Shown here: positions 33,086-43,422 of the stretch, piece by piece
How positions within the stretch are numbered: position 1 is the stretch's first letter
Layout: the number at the start of each line of letters is the position of its first letter
Source: Caldisericia bacterium
GTDB lineage: Bacteria > Caldisericota > Caldisericia > UBA6126
DNA length: 64,000 nucleotides
Direction: 5' to 3'
Assembly: GCA_040767255.1 (NCBI GenBank)
Contig: JAXGOZ010000003.1
Location: 1 to 64,000, forward strand
Program-made: the position numbers and the translations under genes
The notes under the pieces: generated by a model
What the model was told of the DNA's origin: nothing
Databases searched by the model: none
What the model saw: only the letters and a program-made list of their open reading frames with translations

Positions 33086-35514
33086 GTGAGAAAACATATA
33101 GCTCTTATTTCTTTGCTAGTTGTTACTCTTTCCTCTTTCAGCTTTAATTGGTTGCGGTAAGAAACATCCGACAATGAACACCTTCCGACCATGAGGTCAG
33201 TCTTCCCATGATTGGAGTCAATTACCAGAAAAACAAAAAACCGGAGTACTACGGGTACACAGAAGAACCAATGACCAATATGCAAACTATTGGTATTGTA
33301 AGTAGTACAGAACTTGAAAATCCAGCAAAACCAATTACAAGAGGACAATTTGTTAGTTGGATCGTGAAAGCTTTACAATTAGAAGCAGACACAGGATATA
33401 GTTTCGGTGATGTTCCAGAAGATCACCCCTATTTTGAAGCAATTTCCACAGCTGCTCAAAATGGCATTATTGAACAAAATGATGCCTTCATGCCCGACGA
33501 TGAGCTACTTCGTGGAGATGCATCTGTTTGGCTCATCAACGCCAAAGGCGAGGAAGCCAAAGCCCAGGCTGCTTCGATTGTAGAACCTCTCATTCCTGCA
33601 CAAGATGGCTGGGACGAAACTCTTGCAATGGGCGACGAAGTAGCAAGCGCTTTGAGCGTTTGTATCCTCCCCGACCATCAATTGATGTATTACAGATGGT
33701 TAGCTGGTGATGATTTCCGATACATCCGACCAGAATATCCAATGCTTGTCTCCGAAGCCTGCTTCAGTCTGTACATGTTGCTTAATCCACCCGTTCGAGG
33801 TGGAAACTTAACGATTGGTCAAGCCCAAGAACCAACAACGCTCTTTAGTGGATTGGATCAAATGAGTGCCATGACACAAATCACGTCGTTGTTGTATGAA
33901 AGCTCCACAGGTGGCTTTGATGAATTCTGGGGTCGATTTCCTGTTATGATCAAAAAAATGCCTACCCAAGAAAATGGTGATTGGGAAATCTTCTACAACG
34001 AAAATGGTGAAATTGACAAAATGGTAGTTACGTATCATCTACACAAAGGACTAAAGTGGTCAGATGGTGTAGAGATAACAGCCAAAGACGCCCTTTTCTC
34101 CTTCTTTTTCTACAACCACCCCGCTGCTCCCGTCATCCACAATGAAATGGATTTTTGGATTGACGACATGGTAGCAATAGACGATTACACTGTCCAAGTT
34201 ACATGGAATACTCCATATTTGTATGCCAACTCAGGCATTGGTGTAATGCCAGCTCATTGGTTCGAAGAAAAATTTGACTACGTACTAGAACCTTACAATA
34301 TCAATGATAAATCCTACTACGACTTCGACATGGATAATCCAGACACCCAAGAAAACGAAGCCTACGTTTCACAAAAATGCAAAGATGATGCTGATTTCAT
34401 CGTTGCAGCAACCCAAGGCGATACAGAAAATCCCTATGGTAAAAATCCTTTGCATGCTGGTCCATACAAAGTAAAAAGCTGGGAACGGGGACAAACAATT
34501 ATTTTGGAACCCAACGAACACTACATGTATGGAAAACCTTTGATTGACAACATCGTATTCCGTACCATTGAAAATACAGACACCCTTCTTGCAGCTGCCA
34601 TTGCTGGACAAGTCAATATGACCTTAACCGGTTTAACCTTTGACCAAGCCAAGGAATTGGAAAAACAGGCTACCGATCAAATTCCTGTGTTCACTCCATC
34701 TTTAACCTGGGAACACATCGACTTAAACTGCGACAATGAATATTTGTCTGATCCAAAAGTTCGACAAGCCTTGCTATGCGGTATCGACAGACAGTTGATC
34801 ACGGATCAATTCTATGAAGGTCAACAACCCGTAGCACACGCATGGCTTCCTCCAAAGCATCCTGCTTTTGATGACGAAACCATTACAAAGTGGGATTACG
34901 ATGTAGAAAAGGCCATTCAGTTATTCTCTGAAGCTGGTTGGAATATTGAAGGTGAAGGCGGCAACGCCAAAATGGTCAATGCTGCTGGTGAACAATTCAC
35001 CATCACCTACATGACCACTTCAGGCAACAAAGCCAGAGAACAAGTACAAGCCGTTATTAGCTCTGGCTGGAAAGAAAACTTAAAAATCAACGTTGATCTG
35101 AAAAATGAACAGGCAACCAGTTTCTTCACTGCCACCTTGCGAGAAAGAAAATTCTCTGGACCCAGTGGCGCAATGTATGCATGGGTAATGGGCCCAACAT
35201 CCAACCTTTATTCTATTGTAAACTCAGCTCAAATTCCCACTGAAAAAAATGGTTGGAGCGGACAGAACTATACGGCCTACAGCAACGAAGAAGTAGACAC
35301 TTTAACCTCTGCCGTCCTACAAATGCTAGACAAGCAAGAGATTTACAACAACCTTCGTATTGTACAAGAACACTTAACCCGAGATATCCCCTCTCTTCCT
35401 CTCTTTTATAGGGTTGATATTAGCTCTCGTCACAAAAACATAGCCAATTTCCAACCCACCGGTACAAGCTCTCCAATTACATGGAATACTCCATGGTGGT
35501 ATTGGAAGAAATAA
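33086..35514 (+). CDS. ABC transporter substrate-binding protein, family 5 (peptide/nickel), with N-terminal signal/lipobox and an SLH-like cell-wall-anchoring segment; two frameshifts in the first 120 nt
   Basis: GTG start at 33086 after AGGGGG, then VRKHIALISLLVVTLSSFS. The lipobox LIGCGKKH and the following residues read in other frames, up to the 33208 ORF. Residues about 40-120 (ITRGQFVSWIVKAL…FGDVPEDHPYFEAISTAAQNGII…LLRGDASVWL) match the SLH repeat pattern. The remaining 600 aa are SBP_bac_5-like. Confidence 0.75.
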
Positions 35515-35529
35515 CGATTCCAAACTCAA

Positions 35530-35570
35530 AAAAAAGACCAGGTTCACAAAGGACCTGGTCTTTTTTTTTA
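35530..35570 (+). terminator. rho-independent terminator (AGACCAGGT-n-ACCTGGTCT + T9)
   Basis: Perfect 9-bp stem followed by TTTTTTTTT, directly after the SBP stop. Confidence 0.85.
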
Positions 35571-35580
35571 CTTATACACT

Positions 35581-36402
35581 ATGAAAAAAACAAGCTTTAA
35601 AAACAAAACGGCTTTGATCACGGGTGCATCTAGTGGAATTGGTGAAGCTATTGCAACTGAACTTGCCGCTCAAGGAACTCACCTTGTTTTAGTAAGCAGA
35701 AATCAAGAAAAAGCTATCAAGCTTCAAGAAAAACTTTCCAAGTACTACGCTATAACGATTCATGTGATTCCATTTGATTTATCCAAATCTAGTGCTGCAC
35801 TCCATTTATATGAGCATTGCCAAGCTCAAAACTTGCAGGTTGATATATTGGTCAACAATGCTGGCTTTGGTATGGCTACAGAACGTGAATTCTTGGATCC
35901 ACAAACATTAGAGAGTATGATTATTTTGCAGACAGCTACTATCACTGTCTTGTCTAGTTTATTCTCCCGTTATATGATACAGCAAAAAGAAGGATATATA
36001 CTCAATATCTCATCTATATGTGCAACTACTCCAGCTGCGTCTACGTTGACATACAGCGCAGTAAAGAGCTATATCATGCAGTATTCTCGGTATTTGCACT
36101 ATGAGCTTAAGAACAAGAATGTTGTTGTTACTTGTTGCTTGCCAGGAGCAACGAATACATCCTTTGACATACATTCGGATTTACCCATTCCTTGTCAATT
36201 GAAACGTTTCTATGTATCATCAGAGTTTGTGGCAACCAAATCAATCGAAGGATTGCGAAGGAAAAAAAGAATCGTCCTACCTGGTGGACAAACGAAATTT
36301 CTTCACCTGATAGGACGATGTATTCCAGATCAAATCATCTATACGTGTCATAGAAAATTCTGGGTAGAAAAGAGAAAACAGTATCTATCCAGATCGAAGT
36401 AA
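35581..36402 (+). CDS. SDR-family NAD(P)-dependent oxidoreductase
   Basis: TGASSGIGEAIA Rossmann motif and a YxxxK catalytic pair region. Confidence 0.85.
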   Translation: MKKTSFKNKTALITGASSGIGEAIATELAAQGTHLVLVSRNQEKAIKLQEKLSKYYAITIHVIPFDLSKSSAALHLYEHCQAQNLQVDILVNNAGFGMATEREFLDPQTLESMIILQTATITVLSSLFSRYMIQQKEGYILNISSICATTPAASTLTYSAVKSYIMQYSRYLHYELKNKNVVVTCCLPGATNTSFDIHSDLPIPCQLKRFYVSSEFVATKSIEGLRRKKRIVLPGGQTKFLHLIGRCIPDQIIYTCHRKFWVEKRKQYLSRSK

Positions 36403-36408
36403 TAAATC

Positions 36409-37604
36409 CTAAGGTTCTTGCTGTTGTTTTTTCTGTTCTTCCATAAACTGATCGACCATACCCTCCATACCGGGTAGAGTATTTGGTGGTACATCAGATG
36501 TTACAACATCTGAGGGAAATACGAGTGAAGGATTTATTACGGGCTCTCCGTATCGCTTCTTTTGTTCATCGATAAAGTCTTTATACACTTGTTCCTTTTT
36601 TTCGTCTAGAACAAGATTCCGTACTTGTTCTTTAATTTCTTCAAAAGGTTGTGTATGAGCTTTCCGAAAATCTTTTTTACGAACAATATAGTGCATAGTG
36701 TCAATGTTGAAAAAGACAATATCACTATCTCCATACTCTTCATCGTTGAATATATGTCGACTCATTTCTTGGGGAAGATCTTGCTCTGCAACCCATCCCA
36801 CAACTCCTCGATTTTTCTTAATTTGAGGATCCTTTGTATATTCTTCTGCTAAAGCATTAAAATCTGCGCCACCATGATATTTCTGGATGATCTCCTGCAC
36901 TTCTTTTTCATCATACGTGAGAATGACATCAATATTCACTTGATCGGGTAGTGCAAATGTAGATGTATTGTCTTTGTAGTATTGTTGTACTTCTTGATCT
37001 GATACCGTAACAGAGTCCATCATTGGAGAAAATACTTTTCTAAACATGATTTGATTGTGCATATCTTTGCGAAGCATTTCTTCAGTGACACCGAGTTGTG
37101 TTAAATATTGATCGACATCGAAATCATCTTTTCCGCTTTGTTGCCGGATGTTCGCTTTTGTTGATTCAATCTCGCTAGATATCTCTTCTTCGCTAATCTC
37201 TAAACCGCTATCTTCAAAATACAATGTTACATAGCCTGTTTCAATGAGAAACGTCATAACATCTTCCTCAAGTTTCTTACGTTGTATTTTTTGATCCGGA
37301 GCGGATAGTTGGCTCATCGTTTGTTCAAAGTCTTGAGGCATTACCCGATACATTTCTCCAATAAAATCATCCATAGTAAAGCTATATAAATCGTCTCCTA
37401 TTGTGCAAACGACTGTTTCAGGAGGACTGACATCTTCTGGAGAATAGTTTTTGGGATCTTTGTTTGTGGCATTTTGCGATGTTTCGGTTTCTTCTTTTGT
37501 TACATCAGGCGTAGTAACGGATATTCCTTCATATCGAATAATGAAGAATATTCTCCTGCAAGTACTACAAGAACAACCAACAAAGCAATTAGATTTTGTT
37601 TCAT
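36409..37604 (-). CDS. prsA: peptidyl-prolyl cis-trans isomerase, parvulin type (PrsA/SurA-like foldase), with an N-terminal frameshift
   Basis: SurA_N-like region plus a PpiC rotamase domain (…NRGVVGWVAEQDLPQE…). The signal peptide MKQNLIALLVVLVVLAG (ATG 37604) is in a different frame from the body of the ORF, which the track starts at 37614. Confidence 0.7.
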
Positions 37605-37637
37605 AGACATTCATCTCCCAACTTAATTTTGATCTTA

Positions 37638-38867
37638 CTAGTGTAACATAAATATCGCGTTTTCATCTTTTTTTGTTTTGAGTCGAAAAGTGATCTTTTC
37701 TTTCAGATAAGAATAACCCATGAGTTCATCTCGTATTTCTTTCTCTATAGATGAGTCTAAAACAAGGTTTTTTATCTTTGGTGCATATAAATTGGATACC
37801 CTCTCCCACAAATGGTTTTCTTTTAGGAATGATTCTAATGAGATACGGGCAGGATCTTTGGAATCTGGGAAAGCAAGCTCATTTTTTTTCTCAATCGTGA
37901 GTGTATGGTTTTCTCCTACCAAGGTTGAACAATCATTTTCAAAAGCATATTTTTTTGCGATATCTTCCCATTCTTTTTTTTCTTCTTCCAGTTTTTTTAT
38001 CTCAAAAGTATGCTTTTTGATTTGATACGAGATATCTTCTAGTTTCTGGACGGACTGATATCCTTCGTCGTCCGTTTGATTGTCCATTGAGGAAAGAATA
38101 TCGCCATGACGATGAGCAGGACAAACATCTTGGTATGGGCAATACTCGCACAAAGGAGTTTCCAATGGTAAAAAATCTCGATCCAATTCGATTCTTCGTA
38201 TACTGTCTTCAATTTCGAGCTTTATTTGCTCAATATCACATTCTGATTTTGTTAAGGTGACAGATTTATTGAAGCGAAGGAAGTGCCAGGTTAGTAAGAT
38301 TTCTTTTACATCTGGGTATGTTTCTTCTACAGCTATCTGATACAAGGGTAGCTGAAGATCCACCTCCAGGTTTCTTTTTTGAGGGAAATGGGTGGATGTT
38401 TTGTAGTCATGAATAATAAAGGTATCTCCCTGTCTATAATCGATCCGGTCAATAATCGCCTTTAATTTGTACTCACCAAGGGTTACAAAGAATGGTTTCT
38501 CTACCGCTATTGTCTTATCTTTCGGAATTTCGATCAGCTCTTTTTCGTAGTATTCTCTTAAAATCGTCAGTCCTTCTTGTTTATATTCTTCAGGATCTTG
38601 TGAAAGAAGCACAATAACAATATTTTCATGGTTTTGAATCTGCCACACTTGATCATAAAGTTTCTCAATCTCTGAAAATGTTGGCCATTTTTTTGCATTC
38701 ATGGAATCGCGATATATGTTTTCCAATGTTTTATGAACGCACGTCCCTACCAAAGCATTCAGGTGTACCTCTCCTTTTGGTGGAACAATTCGTTCAATGT
38801 AACGATACTTGTATTTTCTTGGACATGAATTGTACATTTGTATTCTACTAATGGAATAATAACTCAT
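37638..38867 (-). CDS. PD-(D/E)XK nuclease family protein (Cas4/AddB-nuclease-like, 4-Cys cluster), orphan
   Basis: N-terminus MSYYSISRIQMYNSCPRKYKYRYI; catalytic IDRID…IIHDYKT…QLPLYQ; C-terminal CEYCPYQDVCP. The Cys pattern C…CxxCxxxxxC is the Cas4/AddB Fe-S arrangement. A roughly 110-aa C-terminal helical extension follows. The track ORF is extended upstream across nadE; I start at the internal Met. Confidence 0.7.
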   Translation of the reverse strand: MSYYSISRIQMYNSCPRKYKYRYIERIVPPKGEVHLNALVGTCVHKTLENIYRDSMNAKKWPTFSEIEKLYDQVWQIQNHENIVIVLLSQDPEEYKQEGLTILREYYEKELIEIPKDKTIAVEKPFFVTLGEYKLKAIIDRIDYRQGDTFIIHDYKTSTHFPQKRNLEVDLQLPLYQIAVEETYPDVKEILLTWHFLRFNKSVTLTKSECDIEQIKLEIEDSIRRIELDRDFLPLETPLCEYCPYQDVCPAHRHGDILSSMDNQTDDEGYQSVQKLEDISYQIKKHTFEIKKLEEEKKEWEDIAKKYAFENDCSTLVGENHTLTIEKKNELAFPDSKDPARISLESFLKENHLWERVSNLYAPKIKNLVLDSSIEKEIRDELMGYSYLKEKITFRLKTKKDENAIFMLH

Positions 38868-38902
38868 GACATTGGACCATCCTGAAATTGGAATACCATA
38901 TC

Positions 38903-39771
38903 TTACGGTGTGATATTCCCGGTTTCTTTCATATATAGATAATCGAGACCTACCGTTCGGGAAGAAACTTTTGGTATAATCGGGATCCTTTGTTTGTACA
39001 AGCATCGATAGCACATTTTTATTACTCGATGCACAATTTCTTCTGCAAAACCCATCTCGCATATTTCTTTTTCTGAGAATCTCTGATCTACCCAACAATA
39101 CAGGATTCGGTCTAAAACTTCATACGGTATACCAATTTCTGATTCATCAGTTTGCCCTGGCCACAACTCAGCTGATGGGGGTTTTTGTACTATTTCTTTC
39201 GGAATTTTAAGATGCTTTCCTAAATTTCTTACTTGTGTTTTGAATAGATCACCAATAGGTAAAATTCCTGCTGCGCCATCCCCATACCAGGTAGTATATC
39301 CGATCAAGATTTCTGTTTTATTAGAGGTGCCAATCACCAAAGCTTTCTCTCTGGCACTTGCATCAAAAAGATTTACCATACGCAATCGAGCTAACACATT
39401 TCCACGTCGCAAAGGTTGTTGAATATCTCTTTCTAAAAATATCTCATCGGCTACTTCTTTGATATCCCAAGTTTCTACTTGAGTATTCAAATCTGTTGTA
39501 ATTAACTGTATGTGGTCCAGACTGATTGCATTTGTGCCATAGGGCATATACAACAAATGTACATGTTCTTTTCCTAACGCTTTTATCGTTAAATAGGTTA
39601 CTACTGTCGAATCCAAACCCCCGAAAGAGCTATGACTGCATCTTTGAAACCATACTTGTGCATCTCAGATTGGATGAATTGTATCAAGACATTCTCTAGA
39701 AATTTAATATCCTGATAGAAAAATGGAGTATCATTGGGTTGGAGTTGTATTGCTTGTGGAATTTGATTCAT
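38903..39771 (-). CDS. nadE: NH3-dependent NAD+ synthetase NadE, with a frameshift at a G5 run near 39612
   Basis: The N-terminal piece (MNQIPQAIQ…FKDAVIALSG) and the C-terminal piece (…TVVTYLTIKALG…) join as ALSGG(L)DSTVV, the PP-loop SGGxDS, if one G is added. Confidence 0.85.
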
Positions 39772-39773
39772 AC

Positions 39774-40598
39774 TTATTCTCCTTGAAATGCTTCTAGCAC
39801 AATTCCATCTTTTCGATCTCGATGAAGATGAAGGGATTTTCTCTTTCGATGTATTGAAGCTATTTCCAGTTCTACACATTGAAGAGACTCTTTTAAAAAA
39901 GGAGATTCTCCCGTTATTTGCCCAAAAGGATCAACAATCATGCTGCCTCCATAAAAACAAGTTCCTTCTTCAAAACCAACACGATTAACATAAATCGTAT
40001 ATATTGAGTTACGCTCTGCGTACCCACATAGCATTCTCTTCACAAATGAATGAATTGCAGGACCAGTTTCATCAATATTGCGAAGTGGAATATTGGATGG
40101 AATAATCAAACATTGAATTCCTTTTTTCACATAGGATACAATAGCTTCATCATGCCACATATCACGGCATATAAGAAGACCCATTTGAAAGCCCAAAGCT
40201 TCAAAAGTATGCAAAGATTGTCCTGATGTAAAATCTTTAGGATCATTAAACATTCCGTTAATGGGTAGAAATATTTTACGATGAACATGTAAAATTTCAC
40301 CTTTAGAGCAGTAGGCACAAGAAATAAAACAGTGAAAATCTTCGTCTATTTCTGGAAATCCAAACACCATGTCCACTTGCATAGATAGTTTGGCAGTTTC
40401 GCGAAGCAATTCATGGTTAACATCCATACAAAAATCGGGGGTTAAATCCTTTAAATTATATCCGGTTAAAGACATTTCGGGGAATACAATCAAGGAAGCT
40501 CGTTGTTCTATGGCTTTCTGTACAAATTCTTTATGCTTTAAATAGGAAGCTTGACCATCCCCAAAAACTGGTTCTATTTGCGCTAAAGCTACTTTCAC
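39774..40598 (-). CDS. carbon-nitrogen hydrolase (nitrilase superfamily); probable glutaminase partner of NadE
   Basis: MKVALAQIEPVFGD…FPEMSLTGY has the Glu-Lys-Cys triad layout. Its stop abuts the nadE start. Confidence 0.8.
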   Translation of the reverse strand: MKVALAQIEPVFGDGQASYLKHKEFVQKAIEQRASLIVFPEMSLTGYNLKDLTPDFCMDVNHELLRETAKLSMQVDMVFGFPEIDEDFHCFISCAYCSKGEILHVHRKIFLPINGMFNDPKDFTSGQSLHTFEALGFQMGLLICRDMWHDEAIVSYVKKGIQCLIIPSNIPLRNIDETGPAIHSFVKRMLCGYAERNSIYTIYVNRVGFEEGTCFYGGSMIVDPFGQITGESPFLKESLQCVELEIASIHRKRKSLHLHRDRKDGIVLEAFQGE

Positions 40599-40610
40599 AA
40601 GTCATCCTCC

Positions 40611-41165
40611 TTATTCTCTGTGCTGAGTTGGTAATGAATATAAATGTTTTCCTTTGGTTAATAAATAGGTGACCAAAATACCACCTCCTAGACCCGCAGA
40701 TAAGAACTGTCCAATCATAATGGAACTAGCAACAGCAAGGTATATGGAAAGAGAGAAATGTTGTAATGAGCAAACCCCGCTATTTGCAATACAGGAAACA
40801 TACAAGCCTACTCCAAGACCATTCACGATGATTGGGGGAAGAATTCCTAAATAAGCACCAAGTTTTTTATTGGGGATCACACGGAAAGAATATGTGATTA
40901 CAGCAGCTAAAAATGTACATAATGTGCCAAAGACGATATCGATTAATCCAAATGGGGAGAAGAAGTTTGAAAGTAAACAACCGAGGGTCAAACCCCAAAT
41001 CGCTTCTGGAAAAAAGAAAGGGAGTACCGTTAGAATTTCTGAGACTCGTAGTTGCACTTGCCCAAAAGATATCGCTTGAAACACAGTCGTAAAAACAAAG
41101 TAAAGAGCAGCTATGATAGCTCCACGGATCCATTGAATAGTTTGGAATCGGAGTTTCGTTTTCAT
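40611..41165 (-). CDS. small 6-TM transporter, ECF S-component / QueT-like
   Basis: 184 aa, hydrophobic, with the RVSE…LP…G…GLIDIVFG pattern seen in ECF substrate-capture components. Confidence 0.45.
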   Translation of the reverse strand: MKTKLRFQTIQWIRGAIIAALYFVFTTVFQAISFGQVQLRVSEILTVLPFFFPEAIWGLTLGCLLSNFFSPFGLIDIVFGTLCTFLAAVITYSFRVIPNKKLGAYLGILPPIIVNGLGVGLYVSCIANSGVCSLQHFSLSIYLAVASSIMIGQFLSAGLGGGILVTYLLTKGKHLYSLPTQHRE

Positions 41166-41167
41166 TC

Positions 41168-42817
41168 TTAATTGCTTTCTATGACAGAGACAAAAATAAC
41201 AGGTTTTCGATGAACTTCCGAGGAGAAAAATCCCGATAAATATCCTTTTGTCATAATTTCTAAATCAGAACCTTTCCCATTCTGTTTTGACCACTTTTTC
41301 ACCAGTTCCTGAATACCGTGTGTCACCTTTTCATATAGATCGCTAGAAAAATCTGAAGATATTAAACCTTTGGTTTCGATCAGTGGAGAAGTAACTAAAG
41401 ACCGCTTTTTAACATCTACAATAACGACCACGTTTAAAACTCCCTCACGGGATAGTATTTTACGTTCGTTGATAACAGAATCACCGATATCGCCAACATT
41501 TCGTCCATCAATATAGATTGGATTAGCAGGGATTCTACCAACTTGCTGCATAGTATTTTTTGTTAGAGATATGCTAGCGCCATTCTCGCAGATTTTCGTG
41601 TGGTTTTCAGGCAAACCAACTTCTTGAGCAATTTTACAATGTGTAAACATCTGCCTGTATTCTCCGTGTACTGGGATGAAAAATGTAGGCTTGATAAGAG
41701 ACATCATAAGCCGTAAATCCTCCTGAGAACCATGACCGGACGCATGTATGCCTTCCGTTTGATAGACTACATCGGCACCTAATCTCATTAAGTTATTGAT
41801 GTTTTTCGTTACAGAAGCTTCATTGCCTGGAATTGGATCTGCTGAAATAATCACCTTATCTCCTTTTTTTAGCTTCAACACATCATGCTGATTCCTTGCC
41901 ATTTTGGTTAAACCAGAAAAAGGTTCTCCTTGTGTACCAGTAGTGAGTACAATAAGTTTTTTATCAGGATAGGATTGGCAGTCTTGCTGCTTAACAAGAA
42001 GTTGAGTAGGTACATTGATATGACCCAGCTCTGTTGCCACCTGGATTGTATTCATCATGGATCGTCCATCTACCAATACTTTTCGATTTACTTTCGTAGC
42101 AATATCAAAAACTTGCTGAATTCGATGAAGGTTTGTAGAAAAAGTAGCAACGATGACTCTTCCATGCCAAGCCCGTATCAAATCTTCTAATTTCAAACCA
42201 ACTGTCTTTTCGGAGGGGGTGAAACCTGGCTCATCAGCATTTGTACTGTCCCCTAGATATAGAAGTGTTCCTTCTCTTCCAGCATTTGCTATACCTTGTA
42301 AATCAATTGGTTTCCCATCAATGGGAGTTAAATCAACCTTAAAATCTCCCGAGTGAAAAATATTCCCGTAAGGGGTATGAAAAACGGTTGCCATCCCATC
42401 AGGGATACTGTGTGTTACTCGCAGGAAATCAATTTTTATTCGCCCAATTTTTGTTGAGGACGGAAGAGAAACCTCATGGAACTGAATGTTCTTTGAGATG
42501 TAAGAGGGAAGCTCAGATTTGACAATACCGATGGTGAGTGCAGTTGCATATATCGGTGGATAATCCAAGTCTTTACTGAAATATTTCAAACCCCCGATAT
42601 GATCAGCATGGCCGTGAGACAAAACAATGGCCTTGATTTTCTTTTTATTCTGTATTGCATAACTAACATCAGGAATAACGCGGTCTATACCTAATAAATC
42701 TGCATTTGGAAATTCGAATCCTGCATCCAGGATGATGATCTCATTGTCAAATTCAAACAGGGTCATATTTTTCCCTATTTCATTCAAACCTCCAAGAAAA
42801 CTAATTTTTATCTTCAT
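41168..42817 (-). CDS. rnj: ribonuclease J
   Basis: Metallo-beta-lactamase HGHADHIGG, beta-CASP and a C-terminal domain. 549 aa. Confidence 0.92.
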   Translation of the reverse strand: MKIKISFLGGLNEIGKNMTLFEFDNEIIILDAGFEFPNADLLGIDRVIPDVSYAIQNKKKIKAIVLSHGHADHIGGLKYFSKDLDYPPIYATALTIGIVKSELPSYISKNIQFHEVSLPSSTKIGRIKIDFLRVTHSIPDGMATVFHTPYGNIFHSGDFKVDLTPIDGKPIDLQGIANAGREGTLLYLGDSTNADEPGFTPSEKTVGLKLEDLIRAWHGRVIVATFSTNLHRIQQVFDIATKVNRKVLVDGRSMMNTIQVATELGHINVPTQLLVKQQDCQSYPDKKLIVLTTGTQGEPFSGLTKMARNQHDVLKLKKGDKVIISADPIPGNEASVTKNINNLMRLGADVVYQTEGIHASGHGSQEDLRLMMSLIKPTFFIPVHGEYRQMFTHCKIAQEVGLPENHTKICENGASISLTKNTMQQVGRIPANPIYIDGRNVGDIGDSVINERKILSREGVLNVVVIVDVKKRSLVTSPLIETKGLISSDFSSDLYEKVTHGIQELVKKWSKQNGKGSDLEIMTKGYLSGFFSSEVHRKPVIFVSVIESN

Positions 42818-43422
42818 TGTTACTCTTTCTTTTTTCTAAAATTCTACTAATTTGGTCAAAATCAGCTTGTATTGTTTCTAGTGTTTTTCTACGATATAAG
42901 GCGGCGGCTGGATGGTAGGTAGGAAAATAAAGAATACCATCCTTTTCAATAGGAATCCCGCGATCTTTTGAAATGGAACGCCCGGGTCCAAGCAAAGAAG
43001 TTAATGCAGCGCTACCCATTATGACAATTATTTGTGGTTGAATAATTTCTATTTGAGAAACCAGAAATGGTTTGCAGGTTTCAATTTCAAATGAAGTAGG
43101 GGTTCGATTTCCGGGTGGCCTGCACTTAACAGTATTCCCAATAAAGATTGAATCTCGGTTGAATCCAATTTGACCTAAGAGTTCATCAAGAATCTTCCCA
43201 GCTTGTCCTACAAAGGGAACTCCTTGAAGATCTTCATTTTTCCCAGGACCTTCTCCAACAAACATTATATCAGTATCAAGACAACCTTCTCCTGGGACTG
43301 GTTTTGTTCGAGTCTGGTGTAAGTCACATTTAGTGCATGTTTCAATCTGCGTTCGGAGTTTGTCAGCAATTTCTTTCTTCCAATCAACAGAAGTGATTTT
43401 TCGATTCTTGAAACTTACTCAT
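42801..43422 (-). CDS. uracil-DNA glycosylase, family 4, with an N-terminal frameshift at an A5 run near 43385
   Basis: GEGPG…GVPFVGQAG motif. The upstream frame encodes MSKFQESK…CTKCDLHQTRTKPVPGEG…DIMFVGE. The start ATG overlaps the pnp stop (ATGAGTAA). Confidence 0.8.
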
